Assembly: GCA_030669345.1 (NCBI GenBank)
Contig: DAOVDX010000001.1
Coordinates: forward strand, 1 to 45,145
Direction: 5' to 3'
DNA from: Methyloceanibacter sp.
Lineage (GTDB): Bacteria; Pseudomonadota; Alphaproteobacteria; Rhizobiales; Methyloligellaceae
DNA length: 45,145 nt
Below are positions 21,711 to 32,275 of the stretch, piece by piece. Both the position numbers and the translations under genes were made by a program. Within the stretch, counting starts at the first letter, position 1; each line of letters opens with the position of its first letter. Under the pieces are notes generated by a model. The model was not told the origin of the DNA and did no database searches. It saw only the letters and a list, made by a program, of their open reading frames with translations.

Positions 21711-23822
21711 ATGTTTGATAAACACATCGTAGAAATCGACTGGGGCGGACGCCCCCTGACGTTCGAGACTGGGCGCATCGCCCGCCAGGCTGACGGCGCC
21801 GTGCTCGCCACCTATGGCGAGACAAGCGTTCTCGCCACCGTCGTCGCCGCCAAAGAGGAAAGGGTCGGCATCGACTTCTTCCCCCTGACCGTGAATTACC
21901 AGGAGAAGACCTTTGCCGCGGGCAAGATCCCCGGCGGTTTCTTCAAGCGCGAGGGCCGTCCGACCGAGAAGGACACCCTCACCTCCCGACTGATCGACCG
22001 GCCGATCCGGCCGCTCTTCGCCAAGGGCTTCAAGCACGAGACCCAGGTTGTCACCATCGTGCTCTCCCACGACATGGAGAACGATCCCGACATTCTGGCT
22101 CTGGTCGCCGCATCGGCGGCACTCGCCATTTCCGGCGTCCCCTTCTTGGGCCCGATTGGCGCCGCACGCGTCGGCTATATCGACGGTGAGTATGTGCTCA
22201 ACCCGCCGATCGACGACATGCCGGAGTTGATTCTCGACCTGATCGTGGCCGGTACGACGGACGCCGTGTTGATGGTGGAGTCGGAGGCCCAAGAGCTGGA
22301 CGAGAACGTGATGCTCGGCGCCGTGATGTTCGGCCACAGGAGCTTCCAGCCGGTCATTGAGGCCATCGTCAAGCTGGCTGAGAAGTCGGCCAAGGCGCCA
22401 TGGGAAATCAAGCAGATCGACAATTCCGAGCTGGTGGCAAAGGTCGCCGGGATCGCCAATGACGGTCTGCGCGATGCCTATTCTATCGCCAGCAAGCAAG
22501 AGCGCCGCGACGGCATCTCCCAGGTGAAAGAGACGGTCATGACCGAGCTCGTTCCCGAGGGCACCGACGCAGTGACAGCATCGAAAGTGTCCGCGGCCTT
22601 CAAGGAAGCCGAGAAGAACATCGTTCGCTCGGGCATTCTTGAGACCTCCAAGCGCATCGATGGTCGCGACCTCACGACGGTCCGGCAGATCGTTTGCGAG
22701 GCAGGCGTCCTGCCCCGCACCCATGGTAGCGCCCTGTTCACGCGCGGCGAGACGCAGTCACTCAGCGTCGCCACGCTTGGTACCGGCGACGACGAGCAGT
22801 TCGTCGACGCCCTCCAGGGCACCTACAAAGAGACCTTCATGCTGCATTACAACTTCCCGCCCTTCTCGGTTGGTGAAGTTGGCCGCATGTCTGGCCCAGG
22901 ACGACGGGAGATCGGTCACGGCAAGCTCGCTTGGCGCGCGCTTCACCCGATGCTTCCCGGACGCGAAGAGTTTCCCTACACCATCCGCATTGTCTCGGAG
23001 ATCACGGAGTCTAATGGCTCCTCCTCCATGGCAACGGTGTGCGCCTCTTCGCTGGCCATGATGGACGCAGGCGTTCCGCTCAAGAAGCCGGTCGCTGGTA
23101 TCGCCATGGGCCTGATCAAGGAAGGCGACAACTACGCCGTCCTCTCCGACATTCTCGGCGACGAGGATCATCTCGGTGACATGGACTTCAAGGTGGCCGG
23201 TACGGCTGATGGCATCACCTCTCTGCAGATGGACATCAAGATCACCGGCATCACCGAGGAGATCATGAAGATCGCGCTGGATCAGGCGCGTGATGGCCGG
23301 GTCCATATCCTTGGCGAGATGGAAAAGGCGCTCGACACCGCCAGGCCTGAGGTTGGCGAGTATGCGCCGCGCATCGAGACGATCCACATTCCGGTCGACA
23401 AGATCCGGGAAGTGATCGGCACGGGCGGTTCGGTGATCCGCGAAATCGTTGCGGAATCCGGCGCCAAGATCGACATCTCCGACGACGGCACCGTCAAGAT
23501 TACTTCCGCCAGCGCGGACTCGATCCGGTCGGCATTGGCTCGCATCAAGGGGATCACCGCCGAGCCAGAGGCTGGCGAGATCTACGAGGGCAAAGTCGTC
23601 AAGGTGATGGACTTCGGTGCGTTCGTGAACTTCTTCGGCCCCAAGGATGGCCTGGTGCACATCTCACAGCTCGCCGAGGGACGTCCTGAGACCACGGCAG
23701 ACGTCGTCAAGGAAGGCGACAAGGTGTGGGTCAAGCTGTTGAGCTTCGACGATCGCGGCAAGATCCGCTTGTCGATGAAGGTCGTCGATCAGGCCACCGG
23801 CAAAGAGATCGAGAAGAGCTAA
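21711..23822 (+). CDS. pnp: Polyribonucleotide nucleotidyltransferase
   Basis: [31 protein letters not shown] and GDMDFKVAG, plus KH and S1 domains. Alternative start 21705. Confidence 0.97.
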   Translation: MFDKHIVEIDWGGRPLTFETGRIARQADGAVLATYGETSVLATVVAAKEERVGIDFFPLTVNYQEKTFAAGKIPGGFFKREGRPTEKDTLTSRLIDRPIRPLFAKGFKHETQVVTIVLSHDMENDPDILALVAASAALAISGVPFLGPIGAARVGYIDGEYVLNPPIDDMPELILDLIVAGTTDAVLMVESEAQELDENVMLGAVMFGHRSFQPVIEAIVKLAEKSAKAPWEIKQIDNSELVAKVAGIANDGLRDAYSIASKQERRDGISQVKETVMTELVPEGTDAVTASKVSAAFKEAEKNIVRSGILETSKRIDGRDLTTVRQIVCEAGVLPRTHGSALFTRGETQSLSVATLGTGDDEQFVDALQGTYKETFMLHYNFPPFSVGEVGRMSGPGRREIGHGKLAWRALHPMLPGREEFPYTIRIVSEITESNGSSSMATVCASSLAMMDAGVPLKKPVAGIAMGLIKEGDNYAVLSDILGDEDHLGDMDFKVAGTADGITSLQMDIKITGITEEIMKIALDQARDGRVHILGEMEKALDTARPEVGEYAPRIETIHIPVDKIREVIGTGGSVIREIVAESGAKIDISDDGTVKITSASADSIRSALARIKGITAEPEAGEIYEGKVVKVMDFGAFVNFFGPKDGLVHISQLAEGRPETTADVVKEGDKVWVKLLSFDDRGKIRLSMKVVDQATGKEIEKS

Positions 23823-23860
23823 GGCTCTGCTTTAGACCTTCACATCGATTAGGAATTTGG

Positions 23861-23890
23861 AGAGGGGCGCTTAGGCGCCCCTCTTTTTTT
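23861..23890 (+). terminator. Intrinsic terminator after pnp
   Basis: AGAGGGGCGC-TTAG-GCGCCCCTCT followed by TTTTTT. Confidence 0.88.
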
Positions 23891-23924
23891 ATGCGGTGAA
23901 GGGCAAGGGCTACGAGAGCCGCGA

Positions 23925-24140
23925 CTACTGAGCGCTCGGGGCCAGGGGCGCCTTTGAGTTCGTGGCGCAGCGCCAACCGATGATGAAGTATTTGTCGTTG
24001 ACCTCCTGCCACTCGTCGGACTTGACGGCAGCAGCCCTAATACAGGTCACCACATCACCAGCCCCGGCATCCGGCACTCTAAATTCTTGGCATTTCTCCG
24101 GCGTGGCCAGGAGACAAACCATGACAATGAGTTCAGCCAT
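23925..24140 (-). CDS. Small hypothetical protein, 71 aa, four Cys (C9, C17, C33, C58)
   Basis: AAGAGGA SD before the ATG, hydrophobic N-terminus and C-terminal WRC; fills the pnp-fabI gap. Confidence 0.7.
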   Translation of the reverse strand: MAELIVMVCLLATPEKCQEFRVPDAGAGDVVTCIRAAAVKSDEWQEVNDKYFIIGWRCATNSKAPLAPSAQ

Positions 24141-24267
24141 AAATTCCTCTTTCTTGCGCCCTTATCGTTCGCGCTCGGCACGCGCGGGCCACGTCTTATG
24201 TCGTTGTTGAACAGGGTAAAATTGTGGCGGACGGACAGTCCTGTCAATCCAATGACGCGTCTTACTC

Positions 24268-25152
24268 TTACTGTGCGGCCTCCTGGGAGCTCGCCTTCCC
24301 GGCGGCTTCTTCAAGCTCCTCGGCGTGCTCCATTGTCTTCAGTTGGTCGAGCGTCGGCATGAACGTGGTGGCGTAGCCACAATCCACGTAGTGCACCTCG
24401 CCGGTGACGGCGCCGGACAGGTCGGACAGAAGATAGAGCGCGGAACCGCCAACCTCATCGAGCGTGGGCGAGCGGCGCATAGGCGCATTGCGCTGCTGAT
24501 AGTGCAACAGCGTGCGCGCTTCCGAGATACCGGCGCCTGCGAGTGTCCGCATCGGCCCGGCGGACAGAGCATTCACCCTGACGCCCTTAGGCCCCAAGTC
24601 CGAGGCGAGATATTTCACACTGGCTTCAAGCGCAGCCTTGGCGACGCCCATGACATTGTAGCAAGGCACGACCCGGCTTGCGCCGCCATAGGTCAAGGTC
24701 AGCAGCGAACCATTCTCGGTCATCAGATCCGACGCAAGCTTGCAGACTTCCGTGAAGGAGAAGCACGAGATCACCATGGTGTTCTCGAAATTCTTGCGCG
24801 TCGTGTCGCAATAGCGGCCTTTGAGCTCGTTACGATCGGAGAACGCCAGCGCGTGGACGACGAAATCGAGCGAGCCCCATTCCTTGCGGATCATATCGAA
24901 GACATTTTCGACGCTAGCAAGGTCCTCAACTTGGGCCTCTTCGATGATCGTCGCGCCAAGAGACTTTGCCAGCGGCACGGCGCGGCGGCCGAAGGCGCCC
25001 GGCTGATAACTGAATGCAAGCTCGGCACCCTGGCCATGCAACACGCGAGCAATGCCCCAGGCGATGGAGCGATCATTCGCCACGCCCATCATCAGCCCCC
25101 GCTTGCCCGCCATCAATGGGGCCGGCTCAGCGATGTCTTTTGTTGTTGCCAT
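24268..25152 (-). CDS. fabI: Enoyl-ACP reductase
   Basis: GVANDRSIAWGIA, YNVMGVAKAALE and SAGPMRTLA. Confidence 0.95.
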   Translation of the reverse strand: MATTKDIAEPAPLMAGKRGLMMGVANDRSIAWGIARVLHGQGAELAFSYQPGAFGRRAVPLAKSLGATIIEEAQVEDLASVENVFDMIRKEWGSLDFVVHALAFSDRNELKGRYCDTTRKNFENTMVISCFSFTEVCKLASDLMTENGSLLTLTYGGASRVVPCYNVMGVAKAALEASVKYLASDLGPKGVRVNALSAGPMRTLAGAGISEARTLLHYQQRNAPMRRSPTLDEVGGSALYLLSDLSGAVTGEVHYVDCGYATTFMPTLDQLKTMEHAEELEEAAGKASSQEAAQ

Positions 25153-25200
25153 GTTACTTTTTACTCTGCTTGAGGTTGATATCCGCTCGGTCGCCGTCGC

Positions 25201-26421
25201 TCAGTCGTCAAACCGGCGGAACATAAGTGAAGCGTTCGTGCCGCCGAAGCCAAAGCTGTTCGACATCACGGTGTTGAGGGTGACATTGTCCTTGCGCTTG
25301 CGCACGATGGGCATGTCAGCGAAGTCGGGGTCCAGGTTTTCGATATTGGCAGACTCGCAAACGAAGTTGTTCTTCATCATCAGCAGCGAATAGATCGCTT
25401 CATGCACGCCGGCCGCGCCGAGCGAATGGCCGGTGAGCGACTTCGTGGCACTGATGTCCGGGCATTTGTCGCCGAACACTTCCCGGAACGCCGCGATTTC
25501 AATGGAGTCGCTAAGCGGTGTCGAGGTCGCGTGCGGGTTGATGTAGTCGATCTGCTCGCCGTTGAGATTCTGCATGGCCATGCGCATGCAGCGCACCGCG
25601 CCTTCGCCCGATGGCAGCACCATGTCGAAGCCGTCGGACGTGGCGCCGTAACCGATCAGCTCGGCATAGATATGTGCGCCACGGGCGCGGGCATGCTCGA
25701 GTTCTTCCAGCACTAGGACGCCGGCACCGCCGGCAATGACGAAGCCGTCGCGCGCCGCGTCATAGGCACGACTCGCAACTTCGGGTGTGTCGTTGAAATC
25801 GGAAGACATGGCACGCATGGCGTCGAACAGAACTGACAACGTCCAGTCGAGTTCTTCGCCGCCGCCGGCAAACACGATGTCCTGCTTACCCAACTGTATC
25901 AGCTCACTGCCATTGCCAATGCAATGGGCGGAGGTCGAACAAGCCGAGGAGATGGAATAGCTCACGCCTTTGATGTGATAGGGCGTCGACAGGGTCGCGG
26001 AATTGGTGGAGCACATGGCCTTCGGCACTTCGAAGGGACCGACCTTCTTAGCGCCCTTTTCCTGCGTCGTATCCGCAGCCTGCACGATGGCACGGGTCGA
26101 TGGGCCACCTGAGCCCATGATCACGCCAGTGCGCTCGTTGGAGACGTCAGCCTCCTCAAGGCCCGCATCCTTGATCGCCTGCTCCATGGCAATGTAGTTC
26201 CAGCCGGCGCCGGCGCCCATGAAGCGGCGGACTTTGCGGTCGATCATGCTCTCCCAGTCGATCTTGGGCGCGCCATGCACCTGGCAACGGAAGCCAAGCT
26301 CGGCATAGTTGTCGGCCTTGACGATGCCAGGCTTCGCTTCACGCAGCGAGGCAGTCACCTCCTCAGCATTGTTGCCAATGGAGGACACGATGCCCATACC
26401 GGTTACGACCACGCGTTTCAT
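25201..26421 (-). CDS. fabB: Beta-ketoacyl-ACP synthase I
   Basis: [36 protein letters not shown] and [10 protein letters not shown]; fabA-fabB-fabI operon. Confidence 0.95.
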   Translation of the reverse strand: MKRVVVTGMGIVSSIGNNAEEVTASLREAKPGIVKADNYAELGFRCQVHGAPKIDWESMIDRKVRRFMGAGAGWNYIAMEQAIKDAGLEEADVSNERTGVIMGSGGPSTRAIVQAADTTQEKGAKKVGPFEVPKAMCSTNSATLSTPYHIKGVSYSISSACSTSAHCIGNGSELIQLGKQDIVFAGGGEELDWTLSVLFDAMRAMSSDFNDTPEVASRAYDAARDGFVIAGGAGVLVLEELEHARARGAHIYAELIGYGATSDGFDMVLPSGEGAVRCMRMAMQNLNGEQIDYINPHATSTPLSDSIEIAAFREVFGDKCPDISATKSLTGHSLGAAGVHEAIYSLLMMKNNFVCESANIENLDPDFADMPIVRKRKDNVTLNTVMSNSFGFGGTNASLMFRRFDD

Positions 26422-26463
26422 AAGGTCAACGTCCTTGAAGTCAGCGCCACATTCAAAAAAGGA

Positions 26464-27009
26464 CTAAGCACCGGCGGGTGTGGCTTCTTCTTCCGCCCGG
26501 AACAGGCCGACCCTCAGGTCTTTGGCCGTGTAGATTGTCTCGCCGTCGGCTTTGAGATATCCATCGCCGGTGCCAAGAGTGAATTTGCGGCTGATCACGC
26601 GCTTGATCTCGACGATATATTCGAGCTTACGCACAGTCGGCACGACCATACCGGAAAACTTGACCTCGCCCACGCTCAGCGCGCGGCCCTTGCCGGGATC
26701 GCCTAGCCAGCCGAGGAAGAAACCGAGCATCTGCCAAAGCGCATCGAGCCCGAGGCAGCCCGGCATCACCGGATCGCCCTTGAAATGGCAAGCGAAGAAC
26801 CAAAGATCGGGCGTCACGTCGAGTTCCGCGACGATGCGGCCTTTGCCATACTCACCGCCATCGGCCTGCACATGAGAGATGCGGTCGAACATGAGCATGG
26901 GCGGCAGGGGCAGTTGCGCATTGCCCGGGCCGAACAACTCGCCCCTGGCGCAGGCAAGCAACGCCTCGTAGTCGAATTGGCCCTGCCGTTCGGCCGTCGG
27001 TTTCTGCAC
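26464..27009 (-). CDS. fabA: 3-hydroxydecanoyl-ACP dehydratase/isomerase
   Basis: [16 protein letters not shown] and [23 protein letters not shown] 27009 with GAAGGA SD; the ORF-track extension runs through the divergent promoter region. Confidence 0.94.
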   Translation of the reverse strand: MQKPTAERQGQFDYEALLACARGELFGPGNAQLPLPPMLMFDRISHVQADGGEYGKGRIVAELDVTPDLWFFACHFKGDPVMPGCLGLDALWQMLGFFLGWLGDPGKGRALSVGEVKFSGMVVPTVRKLEYIVEIKRVISRKFTLGTGDGYLKADGETIYTAKDLRVGLFRAEEEATPAGA

Positions 27010-27268
27010 TCTAGTAAATCCTTCGCCTTGAACCTGAAATATGGGTCGTTTCCTAACACAGTCAAAGGCCCGCCAAAAGCCCGCGACCGGGCCATCAGAG
27101 GCGCCCCACCTAGCACCAGGACAATATGCCGCCAAGCGGAACTTCCAGCCTTGCCCTGCGCCGTGTCCGGGACAAATTGGCAATAAGTCAGCCAAACCAA
27201 AGCGTTGCGGTGGCCGAGGCTTCCCCCTATATTTCCCGGTATCAACCTTTGCGTGATACGATAACCAC

Positions 27269-27724
27269 ATGGAAAATTTGCCACAGGAGCCGCAAGAAGC
27301 GGCGACCGAGACGATGACCGGAGATGTCGCCGAGATCTTGCGCGGCGCGGGGCTTAGGCCAACGCGTCAGCGGGTCGCGCTGGCTCGCCTGCTATTCGCC
27401 GAGGGTGATCGGCACGTGACCGCCGAACGGCTGCATGAAGAGGCTTTGAGCGTCGAAGTCCCGGTGTCGCTTGCCACCGTGTACAACACGCTCCACCAGT
27501 TCACTGGAGCAGGGCTCCTCAGAGAAGTCGCGGTCGAAGGCGCCAAGACCTATTTCGACACAAACACGTCGAATCACTACCACTTTTTCTGTGAGCGTTC
27601 CGGCAAGCTTCTGGACATCGACACCGGCGCTATCAATATCGATGGCCTGCCAGAGGCACCCGAGGGCATGGTCATCTCCCGCGTCGATGTGCTTGTGCGG
27701 CTGGTCGACAAGGCTGGCAGCTAG
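27269..27724 (+). CDS. irr: Iron response regulator Irr (Fur family)
   Basis: [34 protein letters not shown] (HxH), PEAPEG and VDVLVRL; divergent from fabA as in Rhizobiales. No N-terminal CP heme motif. Confidence 0.85.
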   Translation: MENLPQEPQEAATETMTGDVAEILRGAGLRPTRQRVALARLLFAEGDRHVTAERLHEEALSVEVPVSLATVYNTLHQFTGAGLLREVAVEGAKTYFDTNTSNHYHFFCERSGKLLDIDTGAINIDGLPEAPEGMVISRVDVLVRLVDKAGS

Positions 27725-27794
27725 CGCCTTTTATCCATAGCCTGATGAATGTCGGTGGCCTGAACATTTGCGCGCGCGACCGCGGGAATGGCGC

Positions 27795-28346
27795 CTACTC
27801 GACCTTTTCGTCGCGATAGACGCCCCAAAGCTTGGCCTGCTCCACATAGCCGGAATATTTGTCGATGGTGAGTTCACACCACTTGCCGTCGCATTCAACG
27901 ACATCGCCGATCACACCAGACTGAAGCTCGGCCACGATGCTGGACCCCGTAGACTGGCCGTCGCGAAGTTTGACGCTTTCCGCGCCTTTGCCCTTGGTCC
28001 AAGGGCTGATCAGCACGGTGCGCCGGCCGCTCAAGAGGCTATGGAACACCCAGCCCTCGGCCCCGTCGCTGTCGCGCACGCGCCGCCAATTCTCGGATTC
28101 GGCGAAAATCTCGACTGGAAGGCCGGCGCGGGAGAAGATCCAGACGATCGGCTGATCGGTGTTCGGCCCCCGGCGCACATTGACCTTGTCCGACTTGAGG
28201 CTGACATAGCGCGGCACGGCTAAGCCGGTCTTGGAGCCAACCGTCCTAGCCGGCTTTTTGGCTCCATCCTCGGCCGCGCTCCCTGGACTCGCTGCGAAAG
28301 CGAGGCTCAAGGCCAACCCAATTCCGATTAAAGCGCGATTGCGCAC
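27795..28346 (-). CDS. Exported protein with two bacterial SH3 domains (COG3807-like)
   Basis: Signal peptide from GTG 28346; GLAVPRYVSLK, VNVRRGP, ENWRRVRD and LWGVY. Confidence 0.85.
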   Translation of the reverse strand: MRNRALIGIGLALSLAFAASPGSAAEDGAKKPARTVGSKTGLAVPRYVSLKSDKVNVRRGPNTDQPIVWIFSRAGLPVEIFAESENWRRVRDSDGAEGWVFHSLLSGRRTVLISPWTKGKGAESVKLRDGQSTGSSIVAELQSGVIGDVVECDGKWCELTIDKYSGYVEQAKLWGVYRDEKVE

Positions 28347-28589
28347 CGTCTCACCCCCGTCGTGACACCCCGATAATCGTGGCCGATTGGGCTGAACAGT
28401 CGAATCGACTTCCTCTGAATGACCGAGAAAAGTGAAAAGATCGTGGCTCTGGGAAATTTCCCGGCCTGAAGCCAATATGACGCTTTATCTCGTAAAGCCC
28501 CTTCTGTTAGACAAAGCGCGCAAAACAAGCATCTGAAAATCGCCTTTCGGGGAATCCTCCCCGCCGCTAGCCTCCTGACGGGATAAGTT

Positions 28590-29582
28590 ATGGCCTCTGA
28601 TCGACCGTTCGTTATCGTCACGCGCAAGCTGCCAGACATTGTGGAAACACGGCTGAGGGAGTTGTTCGACGCGCGGCTCAACATCGACGACAAGCCGTTT
28701 TCGCAGGAACAACTGATCGAGGCGGTCAAAACCGCCGACGTGCTTGTGCCGACGGTCACCGATCGCATCGACCGAACCGTGCTGAGCCAGGCTGGCCCCG
28801 ATCTCAAGCTGATCGCCCAGTTCGGCACCGGCGTCGACAATATCGATCTCGATACCGCCCGGAACCGTTCGATCCTCGTCACCAACACGCCCGGCGTGCT
28901 GACCGAAGACACCGCCGACATGACCATGGCGTTGATCCTCGCGGTGCCGCGGCGCCTGACGGAAGGCGCGGCCCTGCTTAAGGCTGGCGATGGCTCGTGG
29001 CAGGGTTGGTCTCCGACCTGGATGCTCGGCCACCGTATCTATGGCAAACGGCTCGGCATTGTCGGCATGGGGCGCATCGGCCAGGCCGTGGCGAAGCGAG
29101 CCAAGGCGTTTGGCCTCCAGATCCATTATCACAACCGCAGGCGCGTCTCGGCCAACGTCGAGCAGGCGCTCGAGGCCACCTATTGGGACAGCCTCGATCA
29201 GATGATGGCCCGTATGGACATCATCTCCGTCAACTGCCCGCACACGCCGGCGACCTATCATCTGCTGTCGGCGCGCCGGCTAGCCCTGATGAAACCGTCC
29301 TCCTATATCGTCAACACCGCGCGCGGCGAGGTGATCGACGAGAACGCGCTGGCTCGCATGATCGACAATGATGAACTTGCCGGCGCAGGTCTCGATGTCT
29401 TTGAGCACGAGCCCGCGGTGAACCCGAAGCTGCTCGGCAGCAACAAAGTCGTGGTCTTACCGCATATGAGCTCGGCAACGCTCGAAGGCCGCGTCGACAT
29501 GGGCGAGAAGGTCATCATCAACATCAAGACCTTCCTCGACGGCCACGCGCCGCCGGACCGTGTCCATCCCGCGATGTTCTAG
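28590..29582 (+). CDS. D-2-hydroxyacid dehydrogenase (D-glycerate dehydrogenase/glyoxylate reductase-like)
   Basis: TNTPGVLT, GMGRIG, NTARG, LDVFEHEP and PHM. Confidence 0.9.
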   Translation: MASDRPFVIVTRKLPDIVETRLRELFDARLNIDDKPFSQEQLIEAVKTADVLVPTVTDRIDRTVLSQAGPDLKLIAQFGTGVDNIDLDTARNRSILVTNTPGVLTEDTADMTMALILAVPRRLTEGAALLKAGDGSWQGWSPTWMLGHRIYGKRLGIVGMGRIGQAVAKRAKAFGLQIHYHNRRRVSANVEQALEATYWDSLDQMMARMDIISVNCPHTPATYHLLSARRLALMKPSSYIVNTARGEVIDENALARMIDNDELAGAGLDVFEHEPAVNPKLLGSNKVVVLPHMSSATLEGRVDMGEKVIINIKTFLDGHAPPDRVHPAMF

Positions 29583-29600
29583 GGAGCGTTTGCGCTTCCG

Positions 29601-30863
29601 CTAATCGGCCGTGCTGGAAGAGCTATCGGCTTTAGGGACAGCGGAGGCCTCTTGCATTTCCACGTGCTCGGGCCGAAAGCCCATGCCGACAAGCCGGCCC
29701 GGAAAGCGCCGCAGCCACGGAAAGCGGCCGAGCAGCTTCACCGCAAAGGGCGGTTTAGGCTGCTTCGTCATGGAAAGAACGTTGGAAATGACCTGGTTCT
29801 GGATGGCGATCTGAAGCGCTTGCGTCATCTCGGTCGGCCATTGCCGCCGCTTCTGCACCTCGCGCAGATCCTCGTCCGTGACCGTGCCCTCCCGCAATGG
29901 CGTGGCCAGTATATTGGCGGTCGCCACTGCGTCTTGAATGGCGAGATTGATGCCGACGCCGCCAACCGGTGACATGGCATGGGCCGCATCACCAATGCAG
30001 AGCAGCCCCGGCTTGTACCATTGCTTCAGGCGGTCGACCCGGACGCTGAGCAGCCTCACGTCATCCCACGAGGTGATCTCGCGTACGCTGTCGGCCAATG
30101 TCGGCTCCAGCGCGACCAGACCGAGACGGAATGACTCTAGCCCCTTGCGGCGCAGCTCGTTGAAGCCGCCTTTGGCGATGACGAACGCGCACTGCCAGTA
30201 ATCGCCACGGTCGATCATGATGAAGAACCGGCCAGACTCAATACGGCCCAGGGTCTCGGCACCATCCTCGGGGTTCTTGGATAGGCGCAGCCACAGCACG
30301 TCCATAGGCGCACCGCGATCCTCGACTTCAAGACCAGCAAGCTGGCGCACCGTGGAATGTCTGCCGTCAGTGCCGACCACGAGATCGGCGCGAACTTCTA
30401 GATCGCCTTCCGGCGTCGCCGCCTTCAGACCCACGACCCGGTCGCCCTCCGTCAAAAGCTCGCCCACCTCCGCCTGCATGCGCAGATGAAAGGTCGGAAA
30501 GCGCTTGCCCGCTTGCGCGAGAAAATCGAGGAACTCCCATTGCGGCATGAAGGCGAGAAATTTGCACTTGGTCGGAAGATGCGAGAAGTCGGCGATGGTG
30601 ATGAATTCATCGCCGATCTTGGCACCAAGCTCCGCCACCTCTTGATGCGGCCGCTTCAAGAAGTCATCGAGCAGACCAAGCTCATGCATGACCTCAAGCG
30701 TCGAGGGGTGGATGGTATCCCCGCGAAAGTCGCGGAAAAAATCAGCGTGCTTCTCCAGCACGACCACATCGACGCCAGCCCTGGCGAGCAGATAGCCCAG
30801 CATGACGCCAGCGGGTCCGCCGCCGGCAATTGCACAATTTGTAGTGATGGTTTCAGCGCTCAT
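29601..30863 (-). CDS. FAD-dependent oxidoreductase/monooxygenase (UbiH-like fold)
   Basis: GGGPAG, DFRGDTIHPST, TDGRHS and GDAAHAMSPVGGVGINLAIQDA. Substrate unknown. Confidence 0.88.
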   Translation of the reverse strand: MSAETITTNCAIAGGGPAGVMLGYLLARAGVDVVVLEKHADFFRDFRGDTIHPSTLEVMHELGLLDDFLKRPHQEVAELGAKIGDEFITIADFSHLPTKCKFLAFMPQWEFLDFLAQAGKRFPTFHLRMQAEVGELLTEGDRVVGLKAATPEGDLEVRADLVVGTDGRHSTVRQLAGLEVEDRGAPMDVLWLRLSKNPEDGAETLGRIESGRFFIMIDRGDYWQCAFVIAKGGFNELRRKGLESFRLGLVALEPTLADSVREITSWDDVRLLSVRVDRLKQWYKPGLLCIGDAAHAMSPVGGVGINLAIQDAVATANILATPLREGTVTDEDLREVQKRRQWPTEMTQALQIAIQNQVISNVLSMTKQPKPPFAVKLLGRFPWLRRFPGRLVGMGFRPEHVEMQEASAVPKADSSSSTAD

Positions 30864-30905
30864 GCTCGCTTTGGTAGAGAAGACTGGTTAACACCCGCTC
30901 ATCCC

Positions 30906-31724
30906 TTATCCTCCGCCACGTCCTGACGGTGATGGGACAGGGTCAGTAAATCGTGGATTTCGGCCGTTGAGTGGGTTTTCCGGGTCCCAGCCATAGGAGA
31001 CCGTGGAGACGCGCGCCTGAAGCGCATCGTAGAGGAGCAGCCGGCCCACCATGCTGTCCCCGATCCCCAGAAGCTCTTTCACCACCTCGACCGCCTGGAG
31101 GCTGCCGATCACGCCAGCCACGGCACCAAGAATGCCGGCCTCGGAACAGGCCGGGACCGTGCCGTCCGGCGGGCTTTGCGGGAACAGGCAGCGATAAGAG
31201 GGGCGGGGATTGCCGTCCTCATCCTTCTCGAAGGCGCGGAACGTGGTCAGCTGGCCGTCGAACGGGCCAACAGCCGCGAACACCAGCGGCAGCTTGGCCA
31301 GATAGCAGGCGTCGTTGACGAGATAGCGCGTGGCGAAATTGTCCGAGCCATCAGCGACGATGTCGAAGCCGCCAATGATGTCGAGCGCGTTCTCCGGCAC
31401 AAGCCGCGTGGAATAAAGCTGCATTTCCACGTTTGGATTGAGGCGCTCGATGGTGGTCGCGGCGCTCTTCGTCTTCGGGGCGCCCACGGCTTTGGTGTCG
31501 TGGAGTATTTGCCGCTGGAGATTGTCGAGGCTGACCCGGTCGTCATCGATGACGCCGATGGTGCCGACACCAGCCGCGGCAAGATAGAGAATGAGCGGCG
31601 AGCCGAGACCCCCAGCGCCGACCACGAGAATGCGCGCGGCTTTCAGCCGCTGCTGGCCTTCGCCGCCAATCTCTTTCAGCACCAGATGACGCTTATAGCG
31701 TTCGATTTCGTCAGGGGTGAGCAT
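30906..31724 (-). CDS. moeB: MoeB/ThiF family adenylyltransferase
   Basis: MLTPDEIERYKRH, GAGGLGSP, NLQRQ, DGSDNFATRY and PACSEAG. The C-terminal tail may be frameshifted. Confidence 0.9.
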   Translation of the reverse strand: MLTPDEIERYKRHLVLKEIGGEGQQRLKAARILVVGAGGLGSPLILYLAAAGVGTIGVIDDDRVSLDNLQRQILHDTKAVGAPKTKSAATTIERLNPNVEMQLYSTRLVPENALDIIGGFDIVADGSDNFATRYLVNDACYLAKLPLVFAAVGPFDGQLTTFRAFEKDEDGNPRPSYRCLFPQSPPDGTVPACSEAGILGAVAGVIGSLQAVEVVKELLGIGDSMVGRLLLYDALQARVSTVSYGWDPENPLNGRNPRFTDPVPSPSGRGGG

Positions 31725-31825
31725 GGCTGGAATGTAGAACATCGCTCGCAAACATGGGAGAGATTGCCAATCATTCCTTTGTCATCGGCTGGACTGACTG
31801 GGGGATCCAAGCATCGCCATGGCAG

Positions 31826-32275
31826 CTAGCCGGTGGAGCCGAAACCGCCCTCGCCCCGGCCGGTGTCGTCGAGCGTATCCACGGGCACGATCTCCACATG
31901 GGTGACGGCTGAAATGATGGCTTGGGCGATACGGTCGCCGCGCTGGATGACAAAAGTTTCGCTGCCGAGATTGACTAGGATCACTTTGATCTCGCCGCGA
32001 TAGTCGGCATCGATGGTCCCCGGACTGTTGAGTACGGTGACGCCATGCTTCAGGGCGAGCCCTGAGCGGGGCCTGATTTGCGCCTCATGACCTTCGGGCA
32101 ACGCAAACGCCAAACCAGTCGGAATGAGCACGCGGTCGCTGGGCGCCAAAGAAACAGGCGCGTCTTCCGGCACGGCAGCGACAAGATCGAAGCCTGCGGC
32201 ATGGGCTGACTGATAGGCGGGAAGCGGCAAGTCTTCCCCATGTGGCAGACGCAAAACCCGCAAAGTCACACTCAT
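31826..32275 (-). CDS. dut: dUTP diphosphatase
   Basis: [26 protein letters not shown] and [10 protein letters not shown]. Confidence 0.97.
   Translation of the reverse strand: MSVTLRVLRLPHGEDLPLPAYQSAHAAGFDLVAAVPEDAPVSLAPSDRVLIPTGLAFALPEGHEAQIRPRSGLALKHGVTVLNSPGTIDADYRGEIKVILVNLGSETFVIQRGDRIAQAIISAVTHVEIVPVDTLDDTGRGEGGFGSTG

Noticed and set aside
12123-25173. Long antisense ORFs (12123-13022, 13168-14064, 21621-22724, 22758-23660, 24325-25173 and similar)
   Set aside because: Shadow ORFs opposite conserved genes in GC-rich DNA, with no family motifs.
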